A stretch of 63,511 nt of DNA, the filler included, from Octopus bimaculoides (taxonomy: Eukaryota): the NCBI RefSeq assembly GCF_001194135.2. It is 5 parts of 4 records of this genome, joined end to end, with 100 filler letters (N's around TTAATTAATTAA, not from the genome) between each part and the next. Parts side by side here need not be neighbours in the genome. Positions count along the whole stretch, not along the records: positions 1 to 11,933 come from NC_068981.1; positions 12,034 to 23,545 come from NC_068984.1; 3 more parts are not named here. One strand, given 5' to 3'. Both the position numbers and the translations under genes were made by a program. Below are positions 1-13,770 of this stretch, piece after piece (positions within the stretch are counted from its first letter, which is position 1; each line of letters begins with the position of its first letter). The notes under the pieces are model-generated. The model saw only the letters and a list, made by a program, of their open reading frames with translations. It was not told the DNA's origin and ran no database searches.

Positions 1-73
1 GAGACAACATGATCGATGGTCTCATTTTGTTGTTGGCATATACGACATAATGGGGAGCTGCCGTTCTTTAATA

Positions 74-81
74 TGTTGTTG

Positions 82-161
<80 letters not shown>
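74..161. repeat. (TTG)/(TTA)n microsatellite
   Basis: Pure trinucleotide run; it explains the poly-Leu ORF 16..237. Confidence 0.98.
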
Positions 162-162
<1 letters not shown>

Positions 163-163
<1 letters not shown>

Positions 164-372
164 GGCGGCGAGCTGGCAGAATCGTTAGCACGCTGGATGA
201 AATGCTTAACAGTATTTCGCCCTTCGCTACCTTCTGAGTTCAAATTCCTCCGAGGTCGTGTTTACCTTTCATCCTTTCGGGGTCGATAAAATACGTACCA
301 GTTGAACACTGGGGGTCGATGTAATCGACTCATCCCCACCTCCCCCAAGCTTGTGGCAAAAACTTGAAATGA
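163..372 (+). mobile_element. tRNA-derived SINE family B (Meta/Nin-like central domain), tail variant A
   Basis: Head GGCGAGCTGGCAGAATCGTTAGC, B-box-like TGAGTTCAAATTCC and core CCTTTCATCCTTTCGGGGTCGATAAA, shared with about 10 other copies in the window. The domain name is from recall, not an alignment. Confidence 0.85.
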
Positions 373-574
373 TAATAATAATAATAGTAATTATATATAT
401 ATATATATATATATATCAATTTAGCTAGGTGTGAAATAACCACCTAAGGGATATCAAATATACGAAAAATTTACTGTTTTTTACCTATAACAATAACAAT
501 GTTATGAACTATCGCTCTTAACAAATAGGTAAATAAATATAATAAACATACAGTTTATCAATATATAAATATAA

Positions 575-1317
575 ATTAGAAATGGAAACCAAAACAATAA
601 ATTGAACAATTAAATAATTTAACCATTAAATGATAAATTCAATTCAATTTAATTATTTTATACAAACAGATGACACATCTCATAAATTACAACTGTTTCC
701 TCTCCATTAATAAAAAACGTTTTTCAAGAATAATAAAATACCGTTTGAATATAATGAGGTTTCATCAGATCGACATATCTCCTTGAATATCTCACGAAAA
801 AGAGAATTGAAAATTTTTATAACTGACTGCTAAGGCTTTTCAAAAACAAAAACAAAAAAAAAAAAGAAAACGCTTTTTGAGAGCGAGCTTAATCATAAAT
901 AATTAATCTAACTGAAATATCGTAAATTCTTAAATTTAAATCTATTAGTATCTAGTTCAATAACCAATTTTGTTGCATAATACACATACTAATAGATTTA
1001 AATTTAGGAATTTACGATATTTCAGTTAGATTAATTATTTATGATTAAGCTCACTCTCAAAAAGCATTAGCAGTTATAAAAAATTTCAATTGCTATTTTT
1101 CGTGAGATATTTAAGAAGATATGTCGATCTGATGAAACTTCATTATATTTAAACGGTATCTTATTATTTTTGAAAAACCTTTTTTATTAATAGAGTGGAA
1201 ACAGCTGAAATTTATGAGATGTGTCATTTGATTGTATAAAATAATTAAATTGAATTGATCATTTAATGACTAAATTATTTAATTATTCAATTTATTGTTT
1301 TGGTTTCCATTTCTAAT
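575..1317. repeat. Long imperfect inverted repeat (arms 575-951 and 986-1317), probably PLE-derived
   Basis: The arms are reverse complements throughout (ATTAGAAATGGAAACCAAAACAATAA / TTATTGTTTTGGTTTCCATTTCTAAT) with a 34-nt spacer. Each arm carries CTGATGA...GAAACAGYTG. Confidence 0.9.
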
Positions 1318-1629
1318 ATACATATTCAAAATAGATACTCGTAAAGATATTATCATTATTGTCAGCGACAAATATGAATAATTGATAATGACAATTGATA
1401 ATAAATAATTGATAATAACAATTACAATAATATTAATAACAACAAGCGATATTAGCATTAAACAACTATACAATAAATTCTTAATTGTATTAGAGGGTAC
1501 ACGAAGCACCAGCTTGCTATAGAGTGGAAGTAAAAACTCCCAATTTAACCGCTAATGAGTGGAATTTAACACATTATCGCAAGTAAAAAGCTGTTGCATA
1601 TATATATATATATATATACACACATAAAT

Positions 1630-3056
<1,427 letters not shown>

Positions 3057-4384
3057 GTATATGTATATAAAATAAGAAATGATTAAAGAATCATACAGCT
3101 TATGCCAAAAAATACAAACGCATAAGAGGTTTAGAATGTATCTGATCGTGAGCTTTGCTATCATAGTACATATCAAAAGCACGTACCCACTCCGTTCAAA
3201 TTCTTAGTTGGATTTATCTAATCACAGAAACTAGATGGAGTACGCGTTTTAATTATTATCATATGTTGAAATTGCAGTAAGTAGGAAAACACACACACGC
3301 ACACACACACTCACACACACACACACATATACATATGAAAAATGTGTGTATGCATATATATACTCACATATACTCTATATAAATACATACATACACACAG
3401 ACACATACATACATACATACATACATACATACGTACGTACGTACATACATATATACACACATACATTCATGCACGCAGTACATATTTTAAAGTCTAATTA
3501 TATATTTAGAACAAAGCTACTACTGTAATTCATCGCTGCAGAGCGTATCCTGCAGATCGAATTTGTTCAAGCGATTTACATTTATTCAATACCCTATATT
3601 ATATATATATATATNNNNNNNNNNNNNNNNNNNNNNNNNNNNNNNNNNNNNNNNNNNNNNNNNNNNNNNNNNNNNNNNNNNNNNNNNNNNNNNNNNNNNN
3701 NNNNNNNNNNNNNNNNNNNNNNNNNNNNNNNNNNNNNNNNNNNNNNNNNNNNNNNNNNNNNNNNNNNNNNNNNNNNNNNNNNNNNNNNNNNNNNNNNNNN
3801 NNNNNNNNNNNNNNNNNNNNNNNNNNNNNNNNNNNNNNNNNNNNNNNNNNNNNNNNNNNNNNNNNNNNNNNNNNNNNNNNNNNNNNNNNNNNNNNNNNNN
3901 NNNNNNNNNNNNNNNNNNNNNNNNNNNNNNNNNNNNNNNNNNNNNNNNNNNNNNNNNNNNNNNNNNNNNNNNNNNNNNNNNNNNNNNNNNNNNNNNNNNN
4001 NNNNNNNNNNNNNNNNNNNNNNNNNNNNNNNNNNNNNNNNNNNNNNNNNNNNNNNNNNNNNNNNNNNNNNNNNNNNNNNNNNNNNNNNNNNNNNNNNNNN
4101 NNNNNNNNNNNNNNNNNNNNNNNNNNNNNNNNNNNNNNNNNNNNNNNNNNNNNNNNNNNNNNNNNNNNNNNNNNNNNNNNNNNNNNNNNNNNNNNNNNNN
4201 NNNNNNNNNNNNNNNNNNNNNNNNNNNNNNNNNNNNNNNNNNNNNNNNNNNNNNNNNNNNNNNNNNNNNNNNNNNNNNNNNNNNNNNNNNNNNNNNNNNN
4301 NNNNNNNNNNNNNNNNNNNNNNNNNNNNNNNNNNNNNNNNNNNNNNNNNNNNNNNNNNNNNNNNNNNNNNNNNNNNNNNNNNNN

Positions 4385-4420
<36 letters not shown>

Positions 4421-4421
4421 G

Positions 4422-4467
<46 letters not shown>

Positions 4468-4705
4468 CCTGCGTATATATATATACACACATACATACAT
4501 ATATATACATGCATACACACATATATATATATATACACATACATATACATATATATACATACATACATAGATGTGTGTGTATATATATATATATATAAAA
4601 CAATGCAAAAGAATTTGTTAATAAATTATTTAGTTCACACTCTCTTTTATTCCGTTTTATGATTGTTAATTAGAAATAGCGCTAGTGTTGTAAACATCAT
4701 GTATG

Positions 4706-4996
4706 GCACTGACCCAATGCACGTGTTTTGCTTGTTCACCCGTACGCTGCAGTTTAGTGCAGTTGGAATGATCCCACACAAAGCACTGGGTGTTTAAACA
4801 CCTGAAAGTCAAAGACAACTCGCACCTACTCTCATTCAGGAGTGATGGATACCCATATTTCCTCATTTTTGTGACCTGTCAACATCACCTGTCAACATCA
4901 CGCACTTGATGACTTTCAGGTGTTTTGACACCCAGTGTTTTGAGGGAGTCATCTCCACCGCACGCGAACGGGCAAACACATACATTGAATCTGTGC
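4706..4996. mobile_element. Palindromic MITE-like element (arms ~4706-4811 and 4910-4996)
   Basis: CACTGGGTGTTTAAACACCTGAAAGTCA pairs with TGACTTTCAGGTGTTTTGACACCCAGTG; similarity extends about 90-100 bp. Confidence 0.7.
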
Positions 4997-5027
4997 TGTC
5001 GATAATATATATATATATATATATATA

Positions 5028-5063
<36 letters not shown>

Positions 5064-5779
5064 ATATACGTGAATGTCAAACAATGTGAATGAGTGCTCA
5101 ACACCGCATTCGTGAATAAAATTTCTTTGTGTATTAAAGCTAACATTGATTTCATGTTAAGAAAATATCTTAGTATCTTAACAAATTTTCAAGCCGATCA
5201 CATGGAGGGATGGTGTTCGTCTCCATTTTGGATATAATGAATATATATATACATAATGGTCTTAGAGTATTTTCAATGCAGTTAATTGCTATCTACACAC
5301 TTGACACTGTAAGATTACAGATTTTCATGTTAGTGTGATGAAGTGCTACGCTAATGTATCAAACTGAAAATATTTCGTAACTTTTCATATGGAATATTTG
5401 CGTGTATGGAATGGCGTTAGAAATTGAGTGGTGCCGAAACAGATGTAACAGGTAATTAAAGATGTGCTAAATTCTTTCTTTATATTCCTATTCGGATTAC
5501 ACACACACACACATACAAGAGAGAGGGAGATAGAGAGAGAGAGGGGGAGAGAGAAGGAGAGAGAGGAAGAGAGAGAGAGCCTAATGCAAGGTGAACGTAG
5601 TTGAGTGTTTTTGATAAACACATTTTAGCTATGTAATGATAAGTTGCTCGACTTAGTTTAAGCGCTTCGCTAGAGATCGGTCGTTCACCGATTCACAATG
5701 ACAAAATTACGTCGTTTAACTACAATATCTCTCTTTCATTTTGAGACTAAGTATGTGTTTATTGGAATGATGATATGAC

Positions 5780-6110
5780 TAGGCGACGTAACACCTCTGT
5801 TGGGGCGTGCTTCTGAGTGATTTTATACCAATCAGTTGGGTAGCCTGTTTATAGAATGCGGTCTTGGATGTCTGTAACACTGCCTCAGATGTGAGAGCGA
5901 GACGCAATTGAAGGTCTCATCTGACCTTTGTATAAGTTGAGTAACTGTTGGAAGATGAAGTATTTTTCTCACGTCTCTGAAGAGGAAGTCAGTCTTTGTA
6001 ATGCAGTCTTTGTAATGCTTAGGATGTGAGATAGACTAGGAGAGGCATTGTCTGTGATCGTAAAACCTAGCATTGTAGTAGTGATTTGAGTGTTCTAGTC
6101 GTGTATTGTT
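5780..6110 (-). pseudogene. Degraded CR1/Jockey-like LINE reverse transcriptase C-terminal fragment
   Basis: Minus frames read LGFTITDN..SHILSI, DFLFR, QLLNLYKGQMRPSIASRSHI*GS..IQDRIL, matching the LYKAQIRP.LEYCSHIWG motif region. Confidence 0.55.
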
Positions 6111-6674
6111 CAAGTTTAAACGGTGTACAAAAACTGTTCTTAAAATGTATAGTGATTGTGTTTTTGTGCTATTAACCACACATATAGACATATATAGAAT
6201 AATATACACAGACATTTCAAAAGTAAATAGACACCGTTATTTTGAAAGATTTATTCCTAGAAACAAAATTTCGTTTAATGCGTTTAAATCTGGGCATCGT
6301 ATTAATGAGTAGTTTCCATGCAAACAAAACGATATAATGGGCGGTGTCTACATATTTACACAGAGCGGTGTCTGTGTAAATATGTTGTCTTTCTGTCTCT
6401 ACCAGAAGGTATTATATCGCTTCTGAATCTGTATTATCCGTGGTATACCAACCTAGACTCATTCCAAGCGTTTATCTCTCAACATTTCCTTATTTTCGCT
6501 GTGTTGTACCTCTCTAACATTATACAAAACATTTTTTTACCAAATACTTCCTTATCAGAATCTTTTAGTCTTCTGAAATTCAATTTATACAAACTTTATT
6601 TGTGCAGACAAACCCGTACTGTTTCATATTAAATATTAACCATACTTAACTATCAAGATTTAAAATCTAGAAAG

Positions 6675-7385
6675 CAGGGACAACTCGTAGATAAAATTAG
6701 TGGGGGTGCTGCCTCAGAAAATTTTTAACCGTTGTTTTAACTTTGTGTAAAAGGAAACAAACATAAAAAGAAAATTTATACATAAACTTGATCGGTTCGC
6801 GTTTTAGCCACTGCCGGGTAGTGTGTTTAATTTGTTCACTGAACACCACTGCGAATCCCCCCTTGTTTTTCAAAAATCCCCCCTAAATCACAAAATAAGC
6901 GGGGAGGGAAATCTGCTCTATTTTTCAAATCCTGGCAGCAACTCTGTAGCTGGAAGCAGGATAATAATCTCATTCTACACATTATCACATTCAAGAATAT
7001 AAACACGTTTTTAAGCACAACACGCGTGGAATAATAAAAAAAAACCCACTAACTTTCACCAGCACATCAGGGACGGCACTGCAGGAACCACAGCGCTCTC
7101 TCTCCCGAACGTGCAGCTACCTATCTCGGACGTGCGAGCATGCGCACAACAGCCAAACACTGCGTCGCTGGAACTGTGAAGCGCAGAGTTTTATACAAGG
7201 ATTTTTGTATTTTTTTCATAAACTAGGGGATGGGCTACTGCCATTAAGTTTAAGGATTATATAATGTACAAGTATAAAGAAAGAATTAAAGAAAAAAGGA
7301 CTCATTATATTGAATGTTATCGATAATATCGAGTGGAAATAGGGGGTGCTGCACTTTCTCAGTGCCTATACACGAGTCGCCACTG
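6675..7385. mobile_element. hAT-like non-autonomous element
   Basis: TIRs CAGGGACAACTCGTA / CAGTGGCGACTCGTG (11/15) and a near-perfect 8-bp TSD CTAGAAAG (6667-6674) / CTAGAAAA (7386-7393). Confidence 0.65.
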
Positions 7386-7828
7386 CTAGAAAAATCTCAA
7401 AAGTTATAGACACTTTGTCTTCTTTCCATACCTAAAATAAAACAATTATATATAACTCAATAAAAACCGTTTATTCCTAGATAAAAATTTATATACACAT
7501 ATATTCAATTCATTAATACAATATGCCAGTGTGTATGCTTTTCAAAGACATTAGTCAGAATACATAAATTGTAAAATGAAAGCATTTTTTCAGTTTGAAC
7601 AATTGTTGTTTGAGATAAAAGGAAAATGTTTTAGTTGTCTGATTGCACTCAAATTTATTATAAGGAACAGAAATGTTAAATTGTTGTCTCAATGTGCTAG
7701 TAATATTGACTTGAAAGCTTAATAGGAAGCCATAAATTTTTGTAAACGCAAGTTTATCCTGTCTTATAGAGAAACATATTTCTTGCTCTTTTAACTGTAG
7801 ATTTTCTATGTATGATGTACAACGACAA

Positions 7829-8206
7829 GTGGAGGCGCAATGGCCCAGTGGTTAGGGCAGCGGACTCGCGGTCATAGGATCGCGGTTTCGATTCCCAGAC
7901 CGGGCGTTGTGAGTGTTTATTGAGCGAAAACACCTAAAGCCTCCACGAGGCTCCGGCAGGGGATGGTGGCGAACCCTGCTGTACTCTTTCACCACAACTT
8001 TCTCTCACTCTTACTTCCTGTTTCTGTTGTGCCTGTAATTCAAAGGGTCAGCCTTGTCACACTGTGTCACGCTGAACATCCCCGAGAACTACGTTAAGGG
8101 TACACGTGTCTGTGGAGTGCTCAGCCACTTGCACGTTAATTTCACGAGCAGGCTGTTCCGTTGATCGGATCGACGTCGTAAGGGACGGAGTGCTAACAAC
8201 AACACG
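7829..8206 (+). mobile_element. tRNA(Arg)-like-headed SINE family A, near full length
   Basis: A box TGGCCCAGTGG, B box GTTTCGATTCC, (ACA)n tail; ACGACAAGT duplicated at 7822-7830 and 8207-8215. Near-identical to 12034-12300 and 12984-13374. Confidence 0.92.
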
Positions 8207-9699
8207 ACGACAAGTAGACAGTAATATTCGTTTTCAATTGCTTTATTTGTTGTTATCAGCTCGGAAGGAAATTACGTCTCAGTTATCTTGCAATAAAATG
8301 ATAATAATGTTAGGTATGACTTTGCAGTTTAAATTTACGGTTAAACTGATTATATATTTCGTCAAAAGTTAGGTGAAATATCTAGAGGTCACCAGGTGTA
8401 ACTGTGAAATTGTAGTTGGTAAGGAGTTTCTTAAGACTGCATGTGGCAGGTTGAAACGGTCAGTGGAGAAAAGGCTGTGTGTTGCTTATTTAATCATTTT
8501 CAGATACATTGAATGAAATTTGTGCTAACAGGTTTATGGCCTCTCTTATTCAATGGTTACGAAGTTTTTTTACGACTACACCTTGGAAGTAATTACAAAT
8601 GTTAGTTCGTTTTGACAGAATTTCTTGTAGTAGGCTGCTCCTAAGTTGCAGTGAAGCTCGCGCGTAGTTACCATTGATGACAAGTAGCAGAGGAAAAAAA
8701 ATAAACAGAGAGAGAGAGAGACAGACAGAGAGATTAACTCTAAAAAGTTTCCGGGAAAAGGGAATTGCTATATTTTCAGAAGAGGAGGTTTCTCTACGTA
8801 ATCCCAATATATATATAGCTGTGCTGTACAAGGTCAATAATAGTGAAATAGAATGAACTGTTTAAATTGAAATCTTTCTNNNNNNNNNNNNNNNNNNNNN
8901 NNNNNNNNNNNNNNNNNNNNNNNNNNNNNNNNNNNNNNNNNNNNNNNNNNNNNNNNNNNNNNNNNNNNNNNNNNNNNNNNNNNNNNNNNNNNNNNNNNNN
9001 NNNNNNNNNNNNNNNNNNNNNNNNNNNNNNNNNNNNNNNNNNNNNNNNNNNNNNNNNNNNNNNNNNNNNNNNNNNNNNNNNNNNNNNNNNNNNNNNNNNN
9101 NNNNNNNNNNNNNNNNNNNNNNNNNNNNNNNNNNNNNNNNNNNNNNNNNNNNNNNNNNNNNNNNNNNNNNNNNNNNNNNNNNNNNNNNNNNNNNNNNNNN
9201 NNNNNNNNNNNNNNNNNNNNNNNNNNNNNNNNNNNNNNNNNNNNNNNNNNNNNNNNNNNNNNNNNNNNNNNNNNNNNNNNNNNNNNNNNNNNNNNNNNNN
9301 NNNNNNNNNNNNNNNNNNNNNNNNNNNNNNNNNNNNNNNNNNNNNNNNNNNNNNNNNNNNNNNNNNNNNNNNNNNNNNNNNNNNNNNNNNNNNNNNNNNN
9401 NNNNNNNNNNNNNNNNNNNNNNNNNNNNNNNNNNNNNNNNNNNNNNNNNNNNNNNNNNNNNNNNNNNNNNNNNNNNNNNNNNNNNNNNNNNNNNNNNNNN
9501 NNNNNNNNNNNNNNNNNNNNNNNNNNNNNNNNNNNNNNNNNNNNNNNNNNNNNNNNNNNNNNNNNNNNNNNNNNNNNNNNNNNNNNNNNNNNNNNNNNNN
9601 NNNNNNNNNNNNNNNNNNNNNNNNNNNNNNNNNNNNNNNNNNNNNNNNNNNNNNNNNNNNNNNNNNNTGTGTGTGTGTGTGTGTGTGTGTGTTTGTGTG

Positions 9700-9900
9700 T
9701 GTGTATGTGTGTCCCACAACACTTGACAACCATTGTTGGTGTGTTTGCGTTTCCGAAACTTAGCGGTTCGGCAAAAAAGAGACGGTAGAATAAGTAACAG
9801 GCTTAAAAAAAGTACAGGTTCGACTAAATTCTATTCTTCAAGGTGGTGCCCCAGCATGGCCGCAGTCTAATGACTGAAACAAGTAAGAGATAAAAGATAA
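9700..9900 (+). mobile_element. SINE family C (CORE-like, internal microsatellite), 3' half
   Basis: AACTTAGCGGTTCGGCAAAA...CCAGCATGGCCGCAGTCTAATGACTGAAACAAGTAA directly follows a (TG)n tract. Confidence 0.8.
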
Positions 9901-10655
9901 TAGAAATCCCTGGCTGAGAGAATCTTAAAGTGGTTTCATCACCGAAGGTATAACTGGGATTAATATTTTACTTGGGTCAGAAATTAGAAGAGAAAAGATA
10001 GATATCAGACAATTAACGCATTTAGATCTCAAAGACTGGATTAACGTGTAACTAGCTGAGCATTCCACAGCCACTGCACCATTAACTTAATTTCCAGGCA
10101 GAATCAGCGTGACACAATGTGTAACAAGACTATAACATTGAATAACGTTTGAAATCAGCCGACGGCTTTCTAAACAGTTTCCGTCCGCCCAGTTGCGCTT
10201 ACAAGATATAGGTCGACTTCAGAGTGACATTTTCCCAACATACACGCAGCGGGATCGAATCTGAGGACTCGTGGTTACGAAGCGCGCTTTTTGAGTATTC
10301 GGCAATACTTTGCATACACACGCGCGCGCGCGCGCGCACGGATGACAGAACTGTAGTAGTTTCCCGTCCCGGAAAAATGCACGCGGATAACTATTTATGA
10401 AAATTGTCCCCTGGAGAATTATTGATTACTGTATTTGTGTATTGGGGTCTTTTGAACAGATCTGTGTATTGTCCATTGCTTGCAATGTTTGTGATATAAT
10501 TATAGTGTGATGTTAGTATATAAATACAGAAATCTTATTATTGGATAATACTTCTTATTGGATAACAAATAATACAGTAAAACTATATATGAAAATAAAC
10601 CTTTAATAATTTTATTAATATTTATTTGCACCTCTACAATACATACATCCATACG

Positions 10656-10691
<36 letters not shown>

Positions 10692-11050
10692 CTGTAATGC
10701 ATTCACAGTTATGAAGGATTAATACTGGAGATAGAGCAAAATAAATAACTAATTTAATTTCAACCAAGGAGACATTTTGTTTGTAATTACCATACATCGC
10801 AGTTTCATCTCGCGAATCGTTAAAATCATAATTAATACCACTCTTAAAAAGAAGAGAAAATAAACTTTAATAGAAGAACGGTTAAGATTCAGGTCAGTTT
10901 ATAAGTCACGAAATTGGACAACTCAGATTATAAAAGGTAAAGCTGTATAAGAAGAATGATTTAAATAATATGAATAAAATAATTAAAATACCATAAAACA
11001 TGGAATTACATAAGAAGTATAAACACTTAAGCACAGATATATAAATTACA

Positions 11051-11220
11051 ATATTCTTTTCTACTTTAGGCACAAGGCTCGAAATTTTTGGGGAGAGGAC
11101 CAGTCGATTAGATCGACTCCAGTACACAACTGGTACTTAATTTATCGACCCCAAAAGGATGAAAGGCAAAGTCTACCTCGACAGAATTTGAACTCAGAAC
11201 GTAAAGACAGATGAAATACC
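11051..11220 (-). mobile_element. SINE family B, tail variant A
   Basis: Reverse complement of the B core plus the GCCTTGTGCCTAAAGTAGAAAAAGAAT tail. Confidence 0.85.
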
Positions 11221-11429
11221 TATTTCTTTATTACCCAAAAAGGGTTATACAAAGAATTTTTTAAGACATCACAAAACATAAGGACGGTACTAAATGCGAC
11301 AAACATAAAATCGAGGAACTAAAAATTACAAAAGCGAATGATAATAGAAGAAAAATTAAAATAAAATGATAATATGCAAGAATGAAAAAATAAGGCGCAA
11401 TGTCCATTCGACCCCCGAAGTCGGGTGGT

Positions 11430-11930
11430 TACATTCATCCAGTTTTTCACTTTCACGTTAAACATCATGTAGACATTTTAACGGTTTTACAACTCAAGAA
11501 ATTGAAACACTCGCGTTACTTTTCTCCCATTAATCAGTTACTTGTGTCCTAATCAACTGCAAATAATCAGTTCTAGGGGTTGGTGTCTCCACCAACCAAA
11601 CCCTTATCGTCGTTATATTTTCACCAAGTTCTTTTATGTACTCCCAGTAGTTTTCCTCGTGTATCAAAATGCATTTCTCAGCACATTTCTCCGGCATCTT
11701 CACTCTTATTATTTCCTCCACCTTCGCGATTTTTCTCTCCATCTGCTCGCTCTTCTCGTACTTTATCAAAACCCCCTTGTATTTGACATCTTTATCCGTT
11801 CTCTCATCCTCTTCTTGTACATTAGTAGTTTCTGGCTTTTCTATCTCTTTTTTGTTTTCTGTTGTCCGTTCCTTTGACTTATTTTTCTTTCGTTTTTTAG
11901 GGTTAGTAGCTCCATTTTCGTTCTTCTCCT
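11430..11930 (-). pseudogene. Possible LINE ORF1 (gag-like) relic
   Basis: Lys/Glu-rich frame followed by KPLKC...DEC, resembling a decayed zinc knuckle; stops are present and the region is cut by a gap. Confidence 0.3.
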
Positions 11931-11977
11931 TTGNNNNNNNNNNNNNNNNNNNNNNNNNNNNNNNNNNNNNNNNNNNN

Positions 11978-11989
11978 TTAATTAATTAA
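11978..11989. other. Artificial scaffold linker TTAATTAATTAA inside a 100-bp spacer (also 23590-23601, 46359-46370, 61317-61328)
   Basis: The same 12-mer, with stops in all six frames, is flanked by N runs (44+12+44) four times. Confidence 0.95.
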
Positions 11990-12033
11990 NNNNNNNNNNN
12001 NNNNNNNNNNNNNNNNNNNNNNNNNNNNNNNNN

Positions 12034-12300
12034 CGAAAACACCTAAAGCTCCACGAGACTCTGGCAGGGGATGGTGGCGAACCCTGCTGTACTCTTCCAT
12101 CACAACTTTCTCTTACTTCCTGTTTCTGTTGGGTCATCCTTGTCACACTGTGTCACGCTGAATATCCCCAAGAACTACGTTAAGGGTACACGTGTCTGTG
12201 GAGTGCTCAGCCACTTGCACGTTAATTTCACGAGCAGGTTGTTTCGTGGATCGGATCAACTGGAACCCTCGTCGTCGTAAGAGACGGAGTGCCAACAACA
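12034..12300 (+). mobile_element. SINE family A, 5' end lost in gap
   Basis: Matches the 7925-8206 part of the first copy and ends in GACGGAGTGCCAACAAC. Confidence 0.9.
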
Positions 12301-12374
12301 AATTACTTTATACCCTAGTGGTTAAATTCGTTTCGATTTTGTCTTTTTAAATTCAGTTTAGATCAGACCCTTAT

Positions 12375-13770
12375 CATACACTGCATTGCTGTATGAATTA
12401 AAAAGGGTTTGAATGGCAGCGACAAGAAATATTCGTTCTGTCTATTATAATGAAGCTTTAAGTGCCCGGATATGCCATCGATGGTTTGGTAATTTCGCTC
12501 GGGAAATTTTTCTCTCGCAAATTCCTTTCGATTTTGAACGACAAAGTTCTGTCAATATTGAGTTTCTGAAAACTGTAGTTGAGGAAAATCCAAAGTAAAC
12601 TGCACGAGAATGAGCAAAACGGTTCAATTCATGTCACACTTTGATAAAAAAAATCTTCATCAACTGATCTAAGCACTATCAGAGGGTTTCTCATAATCTG
12701 ACTACTTTTCAGCTTTACCGAAAAGTTGCCTTCTAGTAATCATTGAAGAATAGACTTTCTACTGAACCTTTCCTGGTTAGTAGAATCATCGCAAATAATG
12801 GAAAGGGTTTCTCTGCAACCATTTCAAATGAAAACGACAATCGTCATCACCAACTAAAAATAGTAGAATTCATCGCCAAACCAGGACTACACCCGAAAAA
12901 CATGTTCTGTGTTTGATGGGACATGAATGGTGTCGTATATAGTGAGGTGTTAAACCAAAACGAAACAGTTAATGCAGAGAAGTTGTTGTTGTTGTTGGCA
13001 CTCCGTCGCTTACGACGTCAAGGGTTCCAGTTGATCCGATCAACGGAACAGCCTGCTCGTGAAATTAGCGTGCAAGTGGCTGAGCACTCCACAGACACGT
13101 GTACCCTTAACGTAGTTCTCGGGGATATTCAGCGTGACACAGTGTGACAAGGCTGACCCTTTCAATTACAGGTACAACAAAAACAGGAAGTAAGAGTGAG
13201 AGAAAGTTGAGGTGAAAGAGTACAGCAGGATTCGCCACCATCCTCTGCCGGAGCCTCGTGGAGCTTTAGGTGTTTTCGCTCAATAAACACTCACAACGCC
13301 CGGTCTGGGAATGGAAACCGCGATCCTATGACCGCGAGTCCACTGCCCTAACCACTGGGCCATTGCGCCTCCACAATGCAGAGAAGTATTGCTGTTAAAT
13401 GGAAGCATTGCACTAAATTTGCAGGAAAAGCGTTCATCATTGAACATTTGTGACAGGGTGTTGTTCTTACGCGATAATGCAAGACCATATGTTGTCCATG
13501 TCTTCTAGGAAGAGATTATGGCCTTAAATGTGGAAGTTTTGCCTTATTTTCTTTATTCTTCTGACCTCACGCCATCTTTTTTAGATATTTGCTATATTAT
13601 TTGGAAGGAAAACGGTTTATTAATTGTGAAGTGTTTAAAAATGACACTGAGTATGTCTTTGCGTCGAAACCTGAAAAATTTTACACCCGAAGGATTAAGA
13701 ATCTGCCCGACTGAAGGGATTATGTTATCAATAATGAGGGGAAATATTACCTTGATTAAATATATCAATT
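12375..13770 (+). mobile_element. Degenerate mariner (DD34D-type) transposase, interrupted by a SINE
   Basis: AATRNIRSVY..ICHRWF (HTH), WDMNGVVYSEVLNQNETVNAEK, RDNARPY and EVLPYFLYSSDLTPS; many frameshifts. Confidence 0.85.
12984..13374 (-). mobile_element. SINE family A, full length, with 13-bp TSD
   Basis: AATGCAGAGAAGT at 12971-12983 and 13375-13387, flanking a complete reverse-complement copy. Confidence 0.95.

Noticed and set aside
3563-4608. Long ORFs across N gaps and microsatellites (also 8794-9763, 17598-18646, 35460-36494, 48091-48502, 54808-55402, 60930-61258 and others)
   Set aside because: They are products of N runs and di/tri-nucleotide repeats (IYIY, CVCV, HTHT, poly-R/K/S).
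7831-7905. tRNA-Arg gene (also tRNA-like heads at 13300-13374, 26341-26438, 29460-29548)
   Set aside because: No acceptor-stem pairing, and each continues into a SINE body.
11978-11989. Recurrent TTAATTAATTAA palindrome as a biological motif
   Set aside because: It is always centred in a 100-bp N spacer, so it is a synthetic scaffold linker; synteny across these joins is unproven.
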